A stretch of DNA of 64,000 nucleotides from NCBI GenBank assembly GCA_965248575.1, contig CBDFJQ010000002.1, positions 1,760,001 through 1,824,000 of the forward strand, given 5' to 3'. Below, piece after piece: positions 28,763-42,034 of this stretch (the first letter of the stretch is position 1; each line of letters opens with the position of its first letter). The translations under genes and the position numbers were made by a program. This DNA comes from Planctomycetota bacterium. GTDB taxonomy: Bacteria; Planctomycetota; B15-G4. The notes beneath the pieces were generated by a model, which saw only the letters and a list, made by a program, of their open reading frames with translations, had not been told where the DNA came from and did not search any database.

Positions 28763-29663
28763 CTAGAGGTGCATCACGCTCATGGTCACCTTCTCGAAGG
28801 TCAACCAGTAGAAGAAGCGATGCCGCGGCGGGAAGTTGCTCACTGACATCCCCATGGGCAGCGGGTTGTCATGAAAGATGACCTGGACTTCCAGATCATC
28901 TGCATCCGTTGCCCCATCCTCGGGGGTCATGGGACTGAAGATGCCGCCGCCCGTGTTCCGGACCGTGCCGTCGAGTTCGTCGCGCACCCCGTCCGAGACC
29001 TTCACGGCCCCGAACCAGTCGGGAGCCGTCGGCCCCGAAAAGGTGTTGATGAAGGGGACACCATTGAGCTTCACCAGGGTCGGGCCATAGGACGCAACGT
29101 GCTGGAACACCGTGGGCATCAGGGGACCGCCGGCCACCACCGTGTTGCCATGCTGGTAACCGTGGGTCTGAACGCCCTCCGTGATGGGCACGATGGTCGT
29201 CGCGTCGGGGCCGATGCGCAGAGCCGTGGGGTGGGCGGGCGGGGCCATGAGCGTTCGGGTGTAGGTCCACGCGCCATCGCTGTCGACCCAACGGTTTACG
29301 ACGATGCCTGTGTCATTCGCGGGATCGACGACCATCCAAACAGCGCCCCTGACCAACGCCGTCGAAGACAGCGGTATCCACGGGCTGGGCGGGAACGCCT
29401 TGAACGGAGACCGTGACGGGGCCCGTCACTTCACGATTGCGGCGACCGTCACTGCCACGAACGATATAGAGCAGATTGGAGCCAGCCATCCCGACCTGGA
29501 TGGTGGCGTCCATGGCAGCTCGCTCAGGGATGCCAGCCGCCAGGAGCTTCGCAGAGATGCGCTCCTGTCGTGCGGCGAGCTCGATGTCTTCGGTCGTTGT
29601 GGTGGGCTCAGCGAGCTGGAGCGGCATCGCCAGGGCCAGCGATAGGACAGCAATTCCATACAT
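28763..29663 (-). pseudogene. Secreted hypothetical protein split by a single frameshift (pseudogene or sequencing error)
   Basis: ORF 29663-29313 (signal peptide) and ORF 29356-28763 overlap. Removing one C from CCCC at 29346-29349 joins them into one ~299-aa frame. Confidence 0.6.
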
Positions 29664-29905
29664 GTGTTCATCTCATCTAGGTGTGGAAGGAAACTCCGCA
29701 CGGAAGAAGGGATGCTGCCCCCATGCCCATCCTCGCGGGGGGGGAGGGAGGCTATCACGGCTCCTGGAATCCGCAATCACCCACCCAAGCTACCGGGACG
29801 ATGCCATGCCAGGTGCGGTGCGGCCGATGCTGCAACCTCGTCTCAACCGAACCAGCACTGATGAAAGCGGCGACGTCTCCCTCGCGGAAGTTGGCAGGAC
29901 GGCAA

Positions 29906-29981
29906 TGGTGGGGGCGGTGGGACTCGAACCCACGACTCACGGCTTAAAAGGCCGTTACTCTACCGACTGAGTTACACCCCC
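29906..29981 (-). tRNA. tRNA-Lys (TTT), CCA encoded
   Basis: Reverse complement GGGGGTGTAACTCAGTCGGTAGAGTAACGGCCTTTTAAGCCGTGAGTCGTGGGTTCGAGTCCCACCGCCCCCACCA; anticodon stem ACGGC/GCCGT with TTT. Confidence 0.97.
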
Positions 29982-29985
29982 CACC

Positions 29986-30004
29986 GGCATCGCCAAGCGA
30001 TGCC
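29986..30004 (-). other. Hairpin between frr and tRNA-Lys (likely mRNA 3'-stabilising or processing stem)
   Basis: GGCATCGC-CAA-GCGATGCC perfect 8-bp stem, 4 nt from the tRNA 5' end. Confidence 0.4.
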
Positions 30005-30039
30005 TCATGTTCCGTCTTGCAGGCTGCTCAGCCTTACGC

Positions 30040-30600
30040 TCAGCCTTCCTGGATCTCTTTGGTGCGGGCCGCGGCGATGGTATCGATCTCCGCTTCCATG
30101 GACTTCACCATCTTCTGGATCTCGTCCTTCAGGTCGTGTTCCTGGTCTTCGGAGAGCTCGCTGTCCTTGCGTGCCGTCTCCGCCAGCTTGTTCTGGTCGC
30201 GACGGATGTTGCGCACCGTGACGCGAGCCTGCTCCGCCAGCTCTTTCACGCGGCCGCCCATCTTGTCGCGCTGCTCCTGACTCATCATCGGAACATTCAG
30301 ACGCACCACCTTGCCGTCCGTCTCCGGCGTGATCCCGATGTCGCCCTTGAGGATCCCCTTCTCGATGGCCGTGCACATGGACGGGTCGAAAGGCTTCACG
30401 AGCAGCATGCGTGGTTCGGGAACGCTCACCGAAGCGATCTGGTTGAGCGGCGTGGGGCTGCCGTAGGCATCCACGCGGATGTTGTCCACCAGCGCCGGGG
30501 TCACCCGACCGCTCCGAAGCCCCTTGAGAGTCTCCTCAAAGTACTCCAGGCCCTTCTGCATCTTGTCCTTGCTCTCGGCCAGGATCTCTTCGGTGGTCAT
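30040..30600 (-). CDS. frr: Ribosome recycling factor
   Basis: LRSGR.TPAL, VDAYGSPTPLNQIASV, KPFD, ARVTVRNIRRD, SED. GGAG SD before ATG 30600. Confidence 0.97.
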   Translation of the reverse strand: MTTEEILAESKDKMQKGLEYFEETLKGLRSGRVTPALVDNIRVDAYGSPTPLNQIASVSVPEPRMLLVKPFDPSMCTAIEKGILKGDIGITPETDGKVVRLNVPMMSQEQRDKMGGRVKELAEQARVTVRNIRRDQNKLAETARKDSELSEDQEHDLKDEIQKMVKSMEAEIDTIAAARTKEIQEG

Positions 30601-30768
30601 CGGTCTGTGTCTCCTGTGCTCTGGGTGAACTGGAGTCTTGGTCTGCTGTGCCTGCCCTGCAGGCAAAGGCGTCGCCGGGCGGGTCCCAAGCAAGTCGCGG
30701 GCCCACTCGCGGCAAACAGCTGGCGCTGGCGTGGAGGATAACGCCCCGGTGCGCCCCGCGTCACGACC

Positions 30769-31479
30769 TCAGCTCGCGCTGACCAGCGTGCCGATGTCCT
30801 CACCCTCCACCACCCGCTTCAGGTTTCCGGGCGTGAGCACGTCGAAGACCTTGATGGGCAGGTCATTGTCCATGCACATGGTGATGGCGGTCAGGTCCAT
30901 GACCCGCAGGTCATCCTCGATCACCTGGCGGTAGGTGAGCTGCTCATAACGCTTGGCGTCAGGGTTCTTGGCGGGGTCGCTGTCGTAGACGCCATCCACC
31001 TTGGTCGCCTTGAGCATGATGTCGCAGCCCAGCTCCGAGGCCCGCAAGGAGGCCGTGGTGTCCGTGGTGAAGAAGGGGTTTCCCGTCCCACCAGCCAAGA
31101 CGATGACGCGCCCCTTGTCCTGATGCCGCAGCGCCCGCCGACGAATGAAGGGCTCACAGATCTGGTGAGCCGACACCGCCGACAGCAGGCGCGCTTCCTG
31201 CCCGTTGCGCTCCAGGCCGTCCATGAGCGCCAGCCCGTTGATCATCGTGGCCAGCATGCCCATCTGATCGGCCGTGGCGCGCACCGACACGGTGCCCAGC
31301 ACTTCGGCACCACGCAGAATGTTGCCGCCCCCCACCACGATGGCCAGGCGGCAGCCGGTCTCGGCCACCTCCCGGATCTGGGTGGAGATGGTGTCGATGG
31401 CCTCCGCTGCGAGGGCCCCACCGGAACCGCCTCCGAGGGCCTCGCCGCTCAGCTTGAGCAGAACGCTCTTGTAGCTCAC
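30769..31479 (-). CDS. pyrH: UMP kinase
   Basis: LLKLSGEAL, VVGGGNI.RG, ADQMGMLATMIN, GTGNPFFTTDT, KATKVDGVYDSDP, VMDLTA. Confidence 0.97.
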   Translation of the reverse strand: MSYKSVLLKLSGEALGGGSGGALAAEAIDTISTQIREVAETGCRLAIVVGGGNILRGAEVLGTVSVRATADQMGMLATMINGLALMDGLERNGQEARLLSAVSAHQICEPFIRRRALRHQDKGRVIVLAGGTGNPFFTTDTTASLRASELGCDIMLKATKVDGVYDSDPAKNPDAKRYEQLTYRQVIEDDLRVMDLTAITMCMDNDLPIKVFDVLTPGNLKRVVEGEDIGTLVSAS

Positions 31480-31485
31480 GCGGCC

Positions 31486-32082
31486 CTAGGCCCCGATCTC
31501 GAAGCGCGCGAACCGATGGATCTGGATGTTCTCACCCAAGTTGCCCACGGTCTCGGCTCGGATCTGCTCAACCGTTTTCTTGTCGTCCATGACGTACGGC
31601 TGCTCAAGCAGGCATTGCTCCGCGTAGAACTTGCCCAGACGTCCCTCGAGCATCTTCTCCTGGATCTCGGCAGGCTTGCTGCTGTCGATCTGCTCGGAGA
31701 GGAAGGCACGCTCCTTCTCGACCAGGGCCGCGTCCACGTCTTCCCGGCGAACGCAGGTGGGCTTCATGGAGGCGATGTGCAACGAGATGCCGTGGCAGAA
31801 CTCCTTGAACGCAGGAGTCGCCGCCACGAAGTCCGTCTCACAGTTGACCTCCAGCAAGACACCTACCCTGCCGTTGTGATGGATGTAGGACGACACAGCA
31901 CCTTCGGAGGCCTCGCGACCGGCCTTCTTGGCAGCCTTGGCGATGCCCTTCTTGCGCAGCCACTCCACGGCCTTGTCCACGTCGCCGTCGGACTCCGTGA
32001 GTGCCTTCTTGCAGTCCATCATGGGAGCGCCGGACATCTGGCGCAGGTCGCGGACCTGCGCCGCGTTGATCGTGGTGGTCAT
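31486..32082 (-). CDS. tsf: Elongation factor Ts (short form)
   Basis: LRQMSGAPMMDCKKAL, EVNCETDFVA, RFARFEIG; 198 aa. Confidence 0.97.
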   Translation of the reverse strand: MTTTINAAQVRDLRQMSGAPMMDCKKALTESDGDVDKAVEWLRKKGIAKAAKKAGREASEGAVSSYIHHNGRVGVLLEVNCETDFVAATPAFKEFCHGISLHIASMKPTCVRREDVDAALVEKERAFLSEQIDSSKPAEIQEKMLEGRLGKFYAEQCLLEQPYVMDDKKTVEQIRAETVGNLGENIQIHRFARFEIGA

Positions 32083-32154
32083 CGTGCTCTCGTCTGTTCG
32101 TGTTCGTTAGGTCGGTGAATGGTCGAGCCTGTCGGGCAGGAGCCCTGCCAGGTC

Positions 32155-33117
32155 TCAGCCTTCGGTCTTCGGATCTGCAGGAGCTTCGGAGGCAGCAGCG
32201 GCCTCGGTAGCCGGTGCAGCGGCAGGTGCAGCAGCAGGTGCAGCAGCAGCCGGTTCAGCAGCAGCCGGTTCGGCCACGGCCTCGACGGACGCGTTGTCAC
32301 GAGCAGGCTTCTCGGCACCGGCCTTCTTGGCCATGTCCTTCGCCAGCTGGTCGTGGCTCTCCATGCTGCGCACCACGCCGCCGGAGTCACGCACACCCAA
32401 GGCATCCTCGGGCGCCTTGCCCGACTCCTTGAAGCGCGTCTGGCCCTCTTCGATGGCGTCCGTGCAACGGCCGAGAATCAAGGCCACCGAACGCATCGAG
32501 TCATCGTTGGCCGGGATCACGATGTCCACGTGACGCGGATCACAGTCCGTGTCGAGCAGAGCAACCACGGGCACGCCCATGCGCTTGGCTTCCGCCACGG
32601 CGATGTGCTCGCGCTTCGGGTCGATGACCAACATGGCGCCAGGGATACGGTTCAACTTCCGCAAGCCGTCCATGTTCTTCTTGATGCGCTTGAGCTGCCG
32701 CAGGAGTTGCGACTGCTGCTTCTTCTTGAGCGCCGCCATCTCGCCCGTCTCTTCCATGGCCTCGAGCTCTTCGAGGCGCGTGAGACGCGAGCGGACGGTC
32801 TTGAAGTTCGTGAGGGTGCCGCCGAGCCAACGCTCGGTCACCCAAGGCATCTCGACGCGGGCGACTTCCTGACGCAGGATGCCCTTCATCTGACGCTTCG
32901 TGCCGACGTAGACAATCTGACGTCCCGTGGCTGCAACTTCGCGCAAGAAGTGGACCGCTCTCGTCAAGCCGCGCACGGTGTGCACGAGGTTGATGATGTG
33001 GATCTTGTTCCGCTTGCCGTGGATGTACGGCTTCATCGCGGGGTTCCACGTGTGCGTCCACGAGCCGAAATGTGCACCGGCCTCGAGGAGTTCCTCGATC
33101 GTGGTTTTCGCTACCAA
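32155..33117 (-). CDS. rpsB: 30S ribosomal protein S2 with Ala/Pro/Glu-rich C-terminal extension
   Basis: LLEAGAHFG, WNP.MKPYI, VGTKRQ, ERWLGGTLTNF, DTDCDP, IPANDD. TTG start at 33117 after GGAGAGAG. Confidence 0.96.
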   Translation of the reverse strand: MVAKTTIEELLEAGAHFGSWTHTWNPAMKPYIHGKRNKIHIINLVHTVRGLTRAVHFLREVAATGRQIVYVGTKRQMKGILRQEVARVEMPWVTERWLGGTLTNFKTVRSRLTRLEELEAMEETGEMAALKKKQQSQLLRQLKRIKKNMDGLRKLNRIPGAMLVIDPKREHIAVAEAKRMGVPVVALLDTDCDPRHVDIVIPANDDSMRSVALILGRCTDAIEEGQTRFKESGKAPEDALGVRDSGGVVRSMESHDQLAKDMAKKAGAEKPARDNASVEAVAEPAAAEPAAAAPAAAPAAAPATEAAAASEAPADPKTEG

Positions 33118-33257
33118 GTTCTCTCTCCATCTCCACCCCGTCAGGGGCAGTCGAAGGGCGCCAAAGGCGCGGGTTTCCAAGTGAGGCAAGGTCCGCCAGC
33201 CACACGCTGTGGCCACGTACGCACCGTTTTCTGAACCTCGGTACAAAGAGGCCGGAC

Positions 33258-33286
33258 ACATTACCAAAGGCGCTTTGGGGGGTAAA
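33258..33286 (-). promoter_or_regulatory. Putative sigma70 promoter of the rpsB-tsf-pyrH-frr operon
   Basis: TTTACC-17 nt-TAATGT with an extended TG, about 135 nt upstream of rpsB. Confidence 0.6.
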
Positions 33287-33368
33287 CCGAGGCGGAGCAC
33301 CGATTCCCAGGTCTTTGCCGCTGGGCCGACCACGGGCTAGCCTCCCTTCAGCCACCTTGACCGTCATC

Positions 33369-34427
33369 ATGGACGAGTTCTCACTTCTCCTTGCCCTTCA
33401 CGCCCCCCAGGCCCCACCCTCCGGGAACGGGCGCGATCTGGCCGCAGAGCTGCGGGGAATGGGGTTCTCCGTAGAAATCAGCCGGAATCAGGCGGACACC
33501 TGGGCCGCCGTCCGGGATCGCCCGCCAGGTGCCGTGCTCCTGGTCCCAGCCACGGAACAGGCTGATTCTGCCGAGCTGCTCAGCCTCCTGAGGCCCGGCA
33601 GTGCGGGCCGGCTGCCCCCCGCCCTGGTGGTGCTCACGGACGACCCGGCCTTCCTGGAGCAGCGGGCCGGCGAGGTCGACGATTTCGTCAGCCCGGGCGA
33701 GACGACGGAACACATCCTGCTCCGGGTGAGTTTCGCCATGGCCCGGCGCCGCGCGCGGCACCAGCTGGCGGACGAGCGCGCCTCCCTGTTGCGCGCCTCC
33801 TCCACGGACTACAAGACCGGCCTGCCCAACGACCGCCGGTTCGCCGAGATCTGCCGCATCGAGTGTGCCCGTGCCGTGCGCGAGAACCACTGGCTGGGCG
33901 TGTTGATGATCGACCTGGACGATTTCAAGTCCATCAATGACGACCATGACCACGAGTTCGGCGACCATGTCCTCAAGACGCTGGCCGACAGCTTGAGCGC
34001 AGGTTTGCGGCCCTTCGACACAGCCGCCCGCAAAGGAGGCGACGAGTTCGCGGTGCTGCTCCCTTCGGCAGACCTGGAGTCCGCCAGCACCATCGCCGAG
34101 CGCTTGCGAGCGAGCTTTGCCGATCTCGAGCTGAATCACGGCGAGCACAGCACACGGTCCAGCATCACCGTGGGCGTCGCCGCCTGGCACCCCGAAGGAG
34201 ACACTCTCTTCGAGCAGGTGTTGCTGGACGCCGACAAGGCGCTGCTCGTGGCCAAGGAAGCCGGCCGCAACCGGGTCAGTTCTCAACCGGTCGTGCCCCC
34301 CCCACTCCCTCCAAGCCGCTCCGGTACGAAAGCGGCTGAGGCGGCCCCCGTACCCAAACGAGCTGCGCCGTCGAAGACGACCACCAAGGCCAGCGCCAAG
34401 AAGCGCACGCGCAAACCCAAGAGCTGA
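33369..34427 (+). CDS. Diguanylate cyclase (degenerate receiver-like N-terminus + GGDEF)
   Basis: TDYKTGLPNDR, MIDLDDFKSINDDHDHEFGD, I-site RPFD, intact GGDEF, ADKAL..AK..GRN; basic C-terminal tail. Confidence 0.9.
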   Translation: MDEFSLLLALHAPQAPPSGNGRDLAAELRGMGFSVEISRNQADTWAAVRDRPPGAVLLVPATEQADSAELLSLLRPGSAGRLPPALVVLTDDPAFLEQRAGEVDDFVSPGETTEHILLRVSFAMARRRARHQLADERASLLRASSTDYKTGLPNDRRFAEICRIECARAVRENHWLGVLMIDLDDFKSINDDHDHEFGDHVLKTLADSLSAGLRPFDTAARKGGDEFAVLLPSADLESASTIAERLRASFADLELNHGEHSTRSSITVGVAAWHPEGDTLFEQVLLDADKALLVAKEAGRNRVSSQPVVPPPLPPSRSGTKAAEAAPVPKRAAPSKTTTKASAKKRTRKPKS

Positions 34428-34451
34428 CCCACGAAACGGGACGGGCGGCGC

Positions 34452-37700
<3,249 letters not shown>

Positions 37701-37715
37701 GGCGTGTCTCTCAAC

Positions 37716-38729
37716 TCAGGTCCAGCGATGCTTTTCGATGGTCTCGGTGATGCGCATCGCCACTTCCATGGCACGCAAGCCAGCCTGCGCGGACACACCA
37801 CCGGCTGCCTCACCACGAACGTTTGCGATGAAGGCCTTCAACTCGGAGTGCAGCGGGTTCGCCTCGTCCATGTCGATCTCCCGGGCGTCCATCAGGCCCT
37901 GGGCCACGAATTCCTTGAAGTTCGCCTTGGGCTCCAGCTTGTCCTGGGCACTGGCGTCCAGGCTCCCCAGGTCGAAGCCCTCCGCCTTGCGCACCACGAA
38001 GGCGCGCCGCGTGGCGAAGTCCATGGACACGAAAGTCTCATCACCGAAGACGCGCGTGCGGCGCAGGGGCTCGAAGCTCACCCGGCTGGCGGTGACATTG
38101 GCCACGCAGCCGTTCTCGAACACGAGCCGCGCGTTGGCGATGTCCACATGCTGTCCGAGCACGCGGCTGCCCACCGCATCCACCTGCTTGAGCGGTGAGC
38201 CCGCCAGCTCCATGACGATGTCGATGTCGTGGATCATGAGATCCATGACCACGCTCACGTCGAGGGTGCGGAAGTTGAATGGGGCCAGGCGGTGCGCCTC
38301 GATGAAGCGCGGTTGCACGTCCAGGTCGTGGAAGACGGACAGCGCCGGGTTGAAGCGCTCGATATGACCCACCTGCAGCACCAGGCCCTTCTCGCGGGCC
38401 GAGGCTTCCATCTCCCGGGCTTCGTCCAGCTCGGCCGCCATGGGCTTCTCGACCAACACGCTGATGCCCCGCTCCAGGAGCGGCATCACGATGTCCCGGT
38501 GGTAGCAGGTGGGCACGGCGACACTGGCAGCCGTCACGTCCTCGGGGATCGAGTCCAGCGACGCCAGGCCAGGGACACCCAGGGGCTCGGCGATCTGCTC
38601 CGCCCGCTTGGGGTCGGTGTCCACCACAGCCACCAACTCGGCGCCCGGTACATCCTTCATGAGGCGCGCGTGATGTTGGCCGAGATGGCCCACGCCGACG
38701 ACAACGGCTTTGATGGTTGGAGACGCCAT
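37716..38729 (-). CDS. Gfo/Idh/MocA NAD-dependent oxidoreductase, GnnA-like (UDP-GlcNAc 3-dehydrogenase candidate)
   Basis: GVGHLG, LVEKPM, VGHIERFNP, FIEAHRL, VVMDLMIHDID, ANVTASRVS; lies directly downstream of lpxA. Confidence 0.8.
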   Translation of the reverse strand: MASPTIKAVVVGVGHLGQHHARLMKDVPGAELVAVVDTDPKRAEQIAEPLGVPGLASLDSIPEDVTAASVAVPTCYHRDIVMPLLERGISVLVEKPMAAELDEAREMEASAREKGLVLQVGHIERFNPALSVFHDLDVQPRFIEAHRLAPFNFRTLDVSVVMDLMIHDIDIVMELAGSPLKQVDAVGSRVLGQHVDIANARLVFENGCVANVTASRVSFEPLRRTRVFGDETFVSMDFATRRAFVVRKAEGFDLGSLDASAQDKLEPKANFKEFVAQGLMDAREIDMDEANPLHSELKAFIANVRGEAAGGVSAQAGLRAMEVAMRITETIEKHRWT

Positions 38730-38790
38730 GAGTGCTTCCTTCGGTGTCAGCTCAAAAGGTGATCGGTGACTGCGTGGTCTCGAGGCAGCC

Positions 38791-39588
38791 CTACGGGTGA
38801 CCCCGCAAGGACTCGCGGTAGCGCCCGAAGCGCCCCGCCTCCTTGCGCAAGAGGAACTCAGCCAGCTCGCGCACCATGGGCGAGCGGTCGTTGATCAGCG
38901 AGTGGGCCTCTTCGCTCACGCTGCGCCCGGTGCGGAAGATCGCGCGATACACATGCTTGATCTCGTCGATGTCCTCTTTCTGGACGCCGGCACGCAACAT
39001 GCCCACTTCGTTGACCATGCGCACTTCAGCGGGGTCGCCAGCCACCTTCACGAAGGGCGGGACATCCTGGACCACGCGTGCCTTGGCACCCACGTACGCC
39101 ATGCGGCCGATGGAGGTGTACTGCCCGACCCCCGCGTAACCGTTGAGCACGACGTTGTCGCCCACATGGCAGTGCCCGGCGATGAGCACGCTGTTGGTCA
39201 TGATGATGCCGGAGCCGAGGATGCAGTCGTGGCCCACATGGCAGCTGGCCATGACGAAGTTCTTGTCGCCGATGATGGTGACGTTCTCTTCCTTGGGCGT
39301 GCCCCTGTTGAGGGACACGAACTCGCGGAAGACGTTGTCGTCCCCGATCTCGATGCGGCTCTCGGCTGCGTGGTGTGACAGATCCTGGGGCGCCGTCCCC
39401 ACGCTGACGAAGGCCGTCATGGTGTTGCGCTTGCCGATCACCGAGCCGCTGGAGACGAAGCAATGGGGGCCAATGCGCGTCCCCTCGTCGATGGAGACGC
39501 CCTTCTCGATCACCGTGTAAGGGCCCACCTCGACGTCGTCGGCGAGTTCGGCACCTGATTCCACGATGGCTGTGTCGTGAATGATCAT
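38791..39588 (-). CDS. lpxA: Acyl-ACP:UDP-GlcNAc O-acyltransferase
   Basis: Hexapeptide repeats, PQDL, REFVSLNRGT, HVGHDC (catalytic His), QDVPPF, N.VG..R. Confidence 0.95.
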   Translation of the reverse strand: MIIHDTAIVESGAELADDVEVGPYTVIEKGVSIDEGTRIGPHCFVSSGSVIGKRNTMTAFVSVGTAPQDLSHHAAESRIEIGDDNVFREFVSLNRGTPKEENVTIIGDKNFVMASCHVGHDCILGSGIIMTNSVLIAGHCHVGDNVVLNGYAGVGQYTSIGRMAYVGAKARVVQDVPPFVKVAGDPAEVRMVNEVGMLRAGVQKEDIDEIKHVYRAIFRTGRSVSEEAHSLINDRSPMVRELAEFLLRKEAGRFGRYRESLRGHP

Positions 39589-40889
39589 CCGGCGTCCACC
39601 AGGGTAAAGACCATCTGGGCCTCCGCAGCAACATGCTCATTGACCTTTGCGACGCACACGACGCGCCCCATCGTGTCCCTGACCTTCACGGCCTCGACCT
39701 CAAGCCGCAGTTGATCACCCGGAATCACGGAACGCCGCAGCTTCACCTTGTCGATGGCCCACAGCACAGGCAATTTGCCGGTGTACTCCATGCGACGCAG
39801 GAGCAGCGTGCCAGCCAGCTGGGCCAGGGCCTCCAGGATGAGCACGCCCGGCATGATGGGCTGGCCCGGGAAGTGGCCCGAGAAGAAGGGTTCGTTCACC
39901 GTCACGTTCTTGATGCCCACAGCGCGGCGGTAGCCCTCCAGCTCCAGCACCCGGTCCACCAGCAAGAAGGGGTAGCGGTGCGGCAGCAGGCTGGCGATCT
40001 CACGGATGTCCATGCCCGTGTCGCGCACGAGACGGCCGTGGTTCTCCTCGTGTTCCATGGCTGCTGACAGCCGTCGCACCAGAGCGTGATGGGTCCGGTG
40101 GCCGGAGCGCGTGGCGCTGATGCGCCCGTTGATGTCGGCGCCCAGCAGGTACAGGTCACCCATCATGTCGAGCAGCTTGTGACGCGCCGGCTCGTCCGGG
40201 AATCGCAACTCACCGTGGACGGAAGCACCTGCGTCCAGCACCACGGTGTTCTCTTCGTCGGCGCCGGCACCGAGGTCGCTAGCCCGTAGGGCCTCCACCT
40301 CGGACGCGAACACGAAGGTACGCGCCGGTGCAATCTCCGCCGCGATGTCCGAACCCGGCAGTTCCACCTCGACATACTGCGGCGGCATGCCCTGCTGCCG
40401 GTAGTCCAGGGTGTAGGCCAGTTGCAGCCCGCCGTTGGAGGAGGGGATGGCGTTCATGACGGCGCCGTCCATCTCCACGAAGAGCGGCTCTTCGATGGTG
40501 AACTCTTTGCGGGAGACCTTCTGGTCCACCGAGCCCGCGGCGGTCAAGGCTTCGAACCATGGCAGCGCCGAGCCGTCCAGGGCTGGCAACTCCGGCCCGT
40601 CCAACTCGATTTCGATGTTGTCGACGTGGAGCGCCGCAAGCGCGGCCAGCAGGTGCTCCACCGTGTGCACCTCGGCCATGCCGCGCCGCAACATGGTGCG
40701 CCGCTCCGCCTCGGCCACCGACTCGAGGTTGGCCGGGATGGGGTCGCTGTCGGGCAGGTCGGACCGGAAGAAGAGGGCGCCGGTGTCAGCGGCCGCAGGG
40801 CGCACCACGACCCGGACGTCGTGGCCTTCGTGCAGGCCCACGCCGCGCATCTCGAACGGGTTCTTGATGGTTCGCTGGTTACGAGGCAC
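39585..40889 (-). CDS. lpxC: Bifunctional LpxC-FabZ fusion
   Basis: QRTI, GVGLH.G, TVEHLLAAL, DGSA, ARTF, RHKLLD (LpxC), followed by LPHRYPFLLVDRV, FFSGHFP..PIMPGVLILEALAQ (FabZ). Confidence 0.95.
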   Translation of the reverse strand: MPRNQRTIKNPFEMRGVGLHEGHDVRVVVRPAAADTGALFFRSDLPDSDPIPANLESVAEAERRTMLRRGMAEVHTVEHLLAALAALHVDNIEIELDGPELPALDGSALPWFEALTAAGSVDQKVSRKEFTIEEPLFVEMDGAVMNAIPSSNGGLQLAYTLDYRQQGMPPQYVEVELPGSDIAAEIAPARTFVFASEVEALRASDLGAGADEENTVVLDAGASVHGELRFPDEPARHKLLDMMGDLYLLGADINGRISATRSGHRTHHALVRRLSAAMEHEENHGRLVRDTGMDIREIASLLPHRYPFLLVDRVLELEGYRRAVGIKNVTVNEPFFSGHFPGQPIMPGVLILEALAQLAGTLLLRRMEYTGKLPVLWAIDKVKLRRSVIPGDQLRLEVEAVKVRDTMGRVVCVAKVNEHVAAEAQMVFTLVDAG

Positions 40890-41934
40890 CGGGCGAGCCT
40901 CCGGATCGTGCGGCCTTCATGTCGGCGATCAGAGCAGGAAGCCGCTCGAGGCTCAAGGCTTGTCGCTTCCATTGCCTGTGGGAAACCGCGGGAAAACCGA
41001 TCATGTACTGCCCAGGGGGGGTCTGCTTGACGACGATGGTGCACGCTCCGAGCACCGCCCCATCCGACACCTTTCCGCTGCCCGAGACACCGCAGTGCCC
41101 TGCCATGAGCACGTTCTTGCCGACCACGGCCCCCCCTGCCAGGGAGCAATGGGCCGCGATGGCGGTGTTCTCGCCCACCTCGCAGTTGTGGCCGATGTGC
41201 ACCTGATCGTCGAGTTTGACCCCATTGCCGATCACGGTCGCCTCGAGCCGCGCTCGATCGATGGTGGTGTTGGCGCCCACCTCGACATCGTCGCCCAGCG
41301 CCACGATGCCCACCTGCGGGCTCTTGAGCTGGACACCCCCTGGCCCCGGCTGGAAGCCGAAGCCATCCGCGCCCAGCACGGCGCCCGCGTGGAGGATGAC
41401 CCGGTCGCCCATGGTGCAGCGATCGCCGACGTAGCTGCCGGGATAGAGACGGCAGCCCGCGCCCACTTCGGAGCCCGCCCCCACGTAGACCCGGGGCCAG
41501 AGCCGACTGCCGGGACCGATTCGCGCGCCTCGCCCCACGAACACCCAAGGGCCCACGGCGGCCGAGGGGTCCACTTCGGCCCCTGGCTCGACCACGGCGC
41601 TGGGGTGCACCCCCACGGCTGGCTCGAGCTCCCGCGGCCCCCAGGTGGCCACCACTGTGTTCACGGCCAGCTCGGGGTTCTCCACGGTGATCAAAGCTGG
41701 CTCGGGCCCTGCGCCTGCAGACTCGGGCAGCTTGAAGTCCTTGCCCACCAGGAGGCAACCCGCCTTGCTCGCGTGAGCAGCAGCCACGTATCCGGCGCGG
41801 AACACCGCGGCCAGCTCATGAGGGCCTGCCAATTCCAGCGAGCGCAGTCCGGAGAGCCTCAGCTCCCCTGACCCAGAGAGCAGCTCACCGCGCACCAGGG
41901 CGGCCACTTCGGCGACGGTCTGCTCAAGCTGCAT
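40879..41934 (-). CDS. lpxD: UDP-3-O-acylglucosamine N-acyltransferase
   Basis: Hexapeptide repeats, GADGFGF, Q.G.V, EVGANTTIDR, KLDDQVHIGHNC, G.PA. Confidence 0.95.
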   Translation of the reverse strand: MQLEQTVAEVAALVRGELLSGSGELRLSGLRSLELAGPHELAAVFRAGYVAAAHASKAGCLLVGKDFKLPESAGAGPEPALITVENPELAVNTVVATWGPRELEPAVGVHPSAVVEPGAEVDPSAAVGPWVFVGRGARIGPGSRLWPRVYVGAGSEVGAGCRLYPGSYVGDRCTMGDRVILHAGAVLGADGFGFQPGPGGVQLKSPQVGIVALGDDVEVGANTTIDRARLEATVIGNGVKLDDQVHIGHNCEVGENTAIAAHCSLAGGAVVGKNVLMAGHCGVSGSGKVSDGAVLGACTIVVKQTPPGQYMIGFPAVSHRQWKRQALSLERLPALIADMKAARSGGSPGAS

Positions 41935-42034
41935 GATCCGGGCGGCTCGCAAGGTCCAGGAGGGGGCGGCTGGGCGGAAGGCCCACGATCCTGCCCACTA
42001 TCCGAAAGTGGAGGGCGGCGGGAAAGCCCGGCCC

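Noticed and set aside
29340..29360. Programmed ribosomal frameshift joining the two ORFs
   Set aside because: No slippery heptamer or clear stimulatory structure; a simple indel is more parsimonious.
29664..29905. Genomic island integrated at tRNA-Lys
   Set aside because: No integrase and no duplicated tRNA 3' fragment were noticed, and there is no clear compositional shift over the flanking genes.
33118..33368. Long N-terminal extensions of rpsB and the diguanylate cyclase (also frr, dnaB, rpsF, beta-CASP in the ORF track)
   Set aside because: These are longest-ORF artefacts. Downstream starts match the conserved N-termini, several have SD motifs, and the rpsB extension runs through a promoter-like sequence.
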